Shown: positions 60,494 through 64,000 of the stretch, one piece after another
Layout of the letters: every line of letters begins with the position of its first letter
Numbering within the stretch: position 1 is the first letter of the stretch
Assembly (NCBI GenBank): GCA_963825055.1
Contig: CAWGSK010000015.1
Location: forward strand, 32,001-96,000
DNA: 64,000 nucleotides
Direction: 5' to 3'
Source of the DNA: an uncultured Gemmatimonadales bacterium
GTDB taxonomy: Bacteria; Gemmatimonadota; Gemmatimonadetes; Gemmatimonadales; GWC2-71-9
Notes under the pieces: model-generated
What the model was told of the DNA's origin: nothing
Databases searched by the model: none
The model's input: only the letters and a program-made list of their open reading frames with translations
Translations under genes and position numbers: made by a program

Positions 60494-61241
60494 CGAACCG
60501 CTCGAGGTGCGCGCGGTCCAGGAGCTGCCGGACGTACGGAGTCGCCGGACGGTTGACCAGGTCCCGCGGCCCGGCCACCTGCTCGATTGCGCCGCGGTAG
60601 AGGACCACGATGCGGTCGGCGAGGAGCAGCGCCTCGCGCAGGTCGTGCGTCACCAGGAGCGTCGTCACCCCGACTTCCCGGCGGAGTGCGGCGAAGGCGT
60701 CCTGCAGCTCGCCTCGGGTGATTGCGTCAAGCGCCCCGAACGGTTCGTCCAGGAGCAGGACACCGGGGTGGCAGGCCAGGGCCCGCGCAATGGCAACGCG
60801 CTGGCGCTGCCCGCCCGACAGGTCGCGTGGCCAGCGCGTGCCGAATTTGTCCACCGGCAGCCCGACCATTGCCAGTGCCGCAGTGGCGAGAGCAGCGCGG
60901 TCGTCGCGCCTGGTGAGCCAGGGCACCAGCTCGACGTTCCGGCGGACGGTCCAGTGCGGAAGCAGGCCGCCCTCCTGCGGCACGTACCCGATGCGGCGGC
61001 GGAGCGGGACCGGGTCGACCTTCGCGACATCGACGCCACCGACCGTGACCTCCCCGCCGTCGGGCACGACCATGCGGTTGAAACAGCGGAGCAGCGTGGT
61101 TTTGCCCGAGCCACTCTCTCCCACCAGCGCCACGCACTCCCCCGGTCCGACGGTGAGCGAGACACCGGCGAGGGCCTCGACGGTCCCATAGGTCTTCCGG
61201 ACCCCGTTCGCCATGAGGGCCGTGCCCGCCGGGCCGGTCAC
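60486..61241 (-). CDS. ABC transporter ATP-binding subunit (OpuA/ProV-like, no CBS domains)
   Basis: GESGSGKT, LSGGQRQR, LLDEPFGALD, VTHD. Confidence 0.93.
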   Translation of the reverse strand: MTGPAGTALMANGVRKTYGTVEALAGVSLTVGPGECVALVGESGSGKTTLLRCFNRMVVPDGGEVTVGGVDVAKVDPVPLRRRIGYVPQEGGLLPHWTVRRNVELVPWLTRRDDRAALATAALAMVGLPVDKFGTRWPRDLSGGQRQRVAIARALACHPGVLLLDEPFGALDAITRGELQDAFAALRREVGVTTLLVTHDLREALLLADRIVVLYRGAIEQVAGPRDLVNRPATPYVRQLLDRAHLERFDA

Positions 61242-61250
61242 GCGGGTCGC

Positions 61251-62624
61251 TCAGGACCTGAGGGCATAGCGGTCCAGCTTCATGAGGGCGCTCTGGAGTC
61301 CCTCGGCGAATGTCGGGTGCACCATTTCCGAGTCCACCACCGCCCGGGCAGTGGCTCCCGCCTTCATGAGGGCGACGAACACGTGGATCAACTCTCCCGC
61401 CTCCACGCCGACGATCGATGCACCGAGGATATGCTCGTTCTCCGGGTCCACCAGCACCTTGACCAGGCCCGCCGTCTGGTCGGTTTCCTGTGCCCGGGCG
61501 ATGGCCTTCCATGGCAGGGTCGCGAGCTCGAACGGGATCCCCTGCTGGCGGGCCCTCCGCTCCGACAGGCCCACCGTCGCCACCTGGGGATCGGTGAAGA
61601 CCGTGGTGGGCACGATCCGGTCGGCACGGGTGCGGAGGCCCGTGCCGGTCAGCAGGTCGAAGAGGATCCGGTGGTCGTCCCAGGAGGCATGGGTGAACTG
61701 GGGGCCACCGGTGATATCGCCTACGGCGTACACCCCTTCCGCCGAGGTGCAGTAGTGCTCGTCCACCTGGATGAAGCCGCGCTCGTCCAGGGCTATGCCG
61801 GCCGGCTCACAGCCCAGGTCGTCAGTATTGGGCCTGCGTCCGGCGGCCACCAGAAGGTGGCTTCCCCGCACCTTGCGCCGGTTGGCGAGGGTCACGACCA
61901 GGCCTTTTTCATCCTGTCCCACGCTCCGGACGGAGGAACCGAGACGGAGGGTGATGCCCTCTTCGCTGAAGACACCCTCGAGGGCTTCTGAGACATCCTG
62001 GTCCTCGCGGCTCAGGAGATGGTCATTGTGGTCGACCAGGGTCACCCGGGAGCCGAACCGGCGGAACATCTGGCCTAATTCGCAGCCGATGTACCCACCA
62101 CCGATGATCACGAGGTGCTTCGGCAGTTCGCGGAGGTCCATGATGCGACCATTGTCGTACCAGGATACCGAGTCGAGGCCCTCGAGCTGTGGAACCGCCG
62201 GACGGCATCCGGCATTGATGATGACATGGTCGGCCGTATGGGATTCGTCGCCGGCGGAAAGCGTCCGCGGGCCGGTAAAGCATGCGGCCTCGCGCACCAG
62301 GCTGAGCCGGTCTCCGGCTTTCTCCAGCCGCTGGCGCACGCTGCTCCGCCACTGCTGGACGATGCCGTCCTTCCGGTCCACGACCGTCGGCAGGTCTACC
62401 TTGACCCGTCCCGTGCGCACGCCCAGGCGGCCGGCTCCACGAGCCACGTGGGCTGCCCGGGCGCTCGCGATCATGGTCTTGGTTGGCGTGCACCCGGTGT
62501 TGACGCAGGTTCCACCGAGGTGACCCCGCTCGGCCAGGAGCACCCGGCGGCCCGATTCGGCCAGCCGTGCTGCCAGGGGGACGCCGGCCTGACCCGCGCC
62601 GACGACAATGATGTCGTAGTGCAT
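61251..62624 (-). CDS. Flavoprotein disulfide reductase (class I; mercuric-reductase-like/RclA-like)
   Basis: GGTCVNTGCTPTK redox centre, GGGYIG, HPTFAE; no C-terminal Cys-Cys. Confidence 0.9.
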   Translation of the reverse strand: MHYDIIVVGAGQAGVPLAARLAESGRRVLLAERGHLGGTCVNTGCTPTKTMIASARAAHVARGAGRLGVRTGRVKVDLPTVVDRKDGIVQQWRSSVRQRLEKAGDRLSLVREAACFTGPRTLSAGDESHTADHVIINAGCRPAVPQLEGLDSVSWYDNGRIMDLRELPKHLVIIGGGYIGCELGQMFRRFGSRVTLVDHNDHLLSREDQDVSEALEGVFSEEGITLRLGSSVRSVGQDEKGLVVTLANRRKVRGSHLLVAAGRRPNTDDLGCEPAGIALDERGFIQVDEHYCTSAEGVYAVGDITGGPQFTHASWDDHRILFDLLTGTGLRTRADRIVPTTVFTDPQVATVGLSERRARQQGIPFELATLPWKAIARAQETDQTAGLVKVLVDPENEHILGASIVGVEAGELIHVFVALMKAGATARAVVDSEMVHPTFAEGLQSALMKLDRYALRS

Positions 62625-62762
62625 ATCGTTCCCATGCTGGAGGATGCGCCGGAACGGGGCCCGCTGGAACCGGGGGCCCCCCGATGGGGTTTATACTCCA
62701 ATATATCCACCGCCCGAGCCCGGCCTCCCGAGGCACGGTGCCACACCGGAGGCCTCCCCCGC

Positions 62763-64000
62763 ATGACAACCTTCCCGACCATCACGGCCGCGGGACTCGA
62801 CCGTACACAGGTCGTTGAACTCCTGACGGAAGCCCGCGCGAGGACACTTCTCCTCGTGGGTCCGCTCGACGAGGAGGATCTCCGCCGCCAGCACGACACC
62901 CTGATGAGCCCGATCCTGTGGGACCTGGGGCATATCGCGCATTTCGAGGAAGTCTGGCTCGCCCACAACATCCTTTCCGGCGGCTCCGGGACGGAGGGGC
63001 TGTCCGGGATCTTTGACCCGTTCACCAATCCGCGTGCGGTACGCGGCGGTCTCCCGCTTCCGGGAATGAAGGACACCCTCCTCGACCTCGCCGGCATCCG
63101 CCAGCGCGTCCTGCGGCGCCTGGAAGACCTGGACTTCGACGCGGCCTCGCCGCTGCTCCGGGACGGCTACGTGTTCCGGATGGTTCTTCAGCACGAATAC
63201 CAGCACAACGAGACCATCCTGCAGACCCTGCAGCTGAAGACCGGCACGCCGTATCGCGCTCCGCGGGCGATGCAGCCGGTCGCGCGGCCGATTGCCGGGC
63301 CGGCAGGGCTCGTGGACGGGATGGTCCGGTTCCCGGGCGGGACGGTGGAAATCGGCACGGATGACCGGAGCGCGGCATACGACAACGAACGGAGCCGGCA
63401 TGCCGTCACCCTTCCGCCCTTCCGGATCGACCGGGTGCCGGTAACGAATGCGATGTACCGGGACTTCGTGGAGGATGGTGGTTACCGCCGGCCCGAACTC
63501 TGGTCCGAAGCAGGGCGGGCGTGGCTCGAGGAATCGAGGAGCGAGGCGCCGAAGTTCTGGAGCAGCGAAGGCGGGGCATGGTTCGAGCGGCATATGGACC
63601 TGACGGCGCCGCTCGACCCTGACCGGCCAGTCTGCCATGTCTGCTGGTACGAGGCGGACGCGTTCGCCCGCTGGGCGGGCAAACGGCTTCCCACGGAACA
63701 GGAGTGGGAGGCAGCCGCCTCGTGGGATCCGCTTACCGGACAGAAGCGCCCCTACCCCTGGGGAGACGAGCCGCCCACCGCGCTCCATGCCGGGCTTGAC
63801 CAGCTCGCTTTCGCGCCGGCCCCGGTCGGCGCGTTCCCGCTCAATGTCTCGCCGATCGGGTGCTACGGCATGATCGGCGACGTCTGGGAATGGACGGCCA
63901 GCGACTTCACGGCGTACCCCGGGTTCGAGAGTTTCCCCTATCGCGAGTATTCGGAGGTGTTCTTCGGCGCCGAGTACAAGGTGCTGCGCGGCGGCAGCTG
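62763..64000 (+). CDS. egtB: Ergothioneine biosynthesis sulfoxide synthase (DinB_2 + FGE-sulfatase), truncated by the window end
   Basis: Manual translation: QHDTLMSPILWDLGHIAHFEE, QHEYQHNET (HxxxH), RLPTEQEWE, GDVWEWT, FPYREYSEVFF..KVLRGGS. Absent from the ORF track because there is no stop in the window. Confidence 0.88.
   Translation, partial: MTTFPTITAAGLDRTQVVELLTEARARTLLLVGPLDEEDLRRQHDTLMSPILWDLGHIAHFEEVWLAHNILSGGSGTEGLSGIFDPFTNPRAVRGGLPLPGMKDTLLDLAGIRQRVLRRLEDLDFDAASPLLRDGYVFRMVLQHEYQHNETILQTLQLKTGTPYRAPRAMQPVARPIAGPAGLVDGMVRFPGGTVEIGTDDRSAAYDNERSRHAVTLPPFRIDRVPVTNAMYRDFVEDGGYRRPELWSEAGRAWLEESRSEAPKFWSSEGGAWFERHMDLTAPLDPDRPVCHVCWYEADAFARWAGKRLPTEQEWEAAASWDPLTGQKRPYPWGDEPPTALHAGLDQLAFAPAPVGAFPLNVSPIGCYGMIGDVWEWTASDFTAYPGFESFPYREYSEVFFGAEYKVLRGGS

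Noticed and set aside
61251..62624. Call as mercuric reductase merA
   Set aside because: No C-terminal Cys-Cys, no NmerA domain, no mer operon genes
62691..63788. 365-aa minus-strand ORF
   Set aside because: Antisense to the clear egtB reading frame on the plus strand

Overview
GC-rich bacterial chromosome segment, probably Gemmatimonadota (inferred from Hanks-type kinases with an 'LAGRYxLERELGRGGM' start, a fused Kgd and the overall gene mix). It carries about 55 densely packed genes. These include two DAACS symporters flanking gluQ, tkt-tal, a B12-photoreceptor (CarH-type) carotenoid cluster split by an antisense Ser/Thr kinase gene, a stand-alone HNH nuclease, a run of accessory genes, a lower-GC PD-(D/E)xK nuclease-like gene, kgd, lhr-nei, glpD, fadI-fadJ, pepE, a short rho, a tandem M14 peptidase pair (one apparently degenerate), and a betaine-type ABC transporter plus a flavin disulfide reductase divergent from egtB. 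I found no rRNA, tRNA, CRISPR array or transposase. The most striking unexplained signal is a set of at least 15 short tandem-repeat arrays (7-, 8- and 9-mers). The 7/8-mer arrays mostly start at or supply gene stop codons, often place stops in all three frames, and often pair as inverted arms into hairpins. The 9-mer arrays, and one 6x7-mer array, sit in frame inside proteins. All product calls come from motif recognition by eye; no database searches were run.
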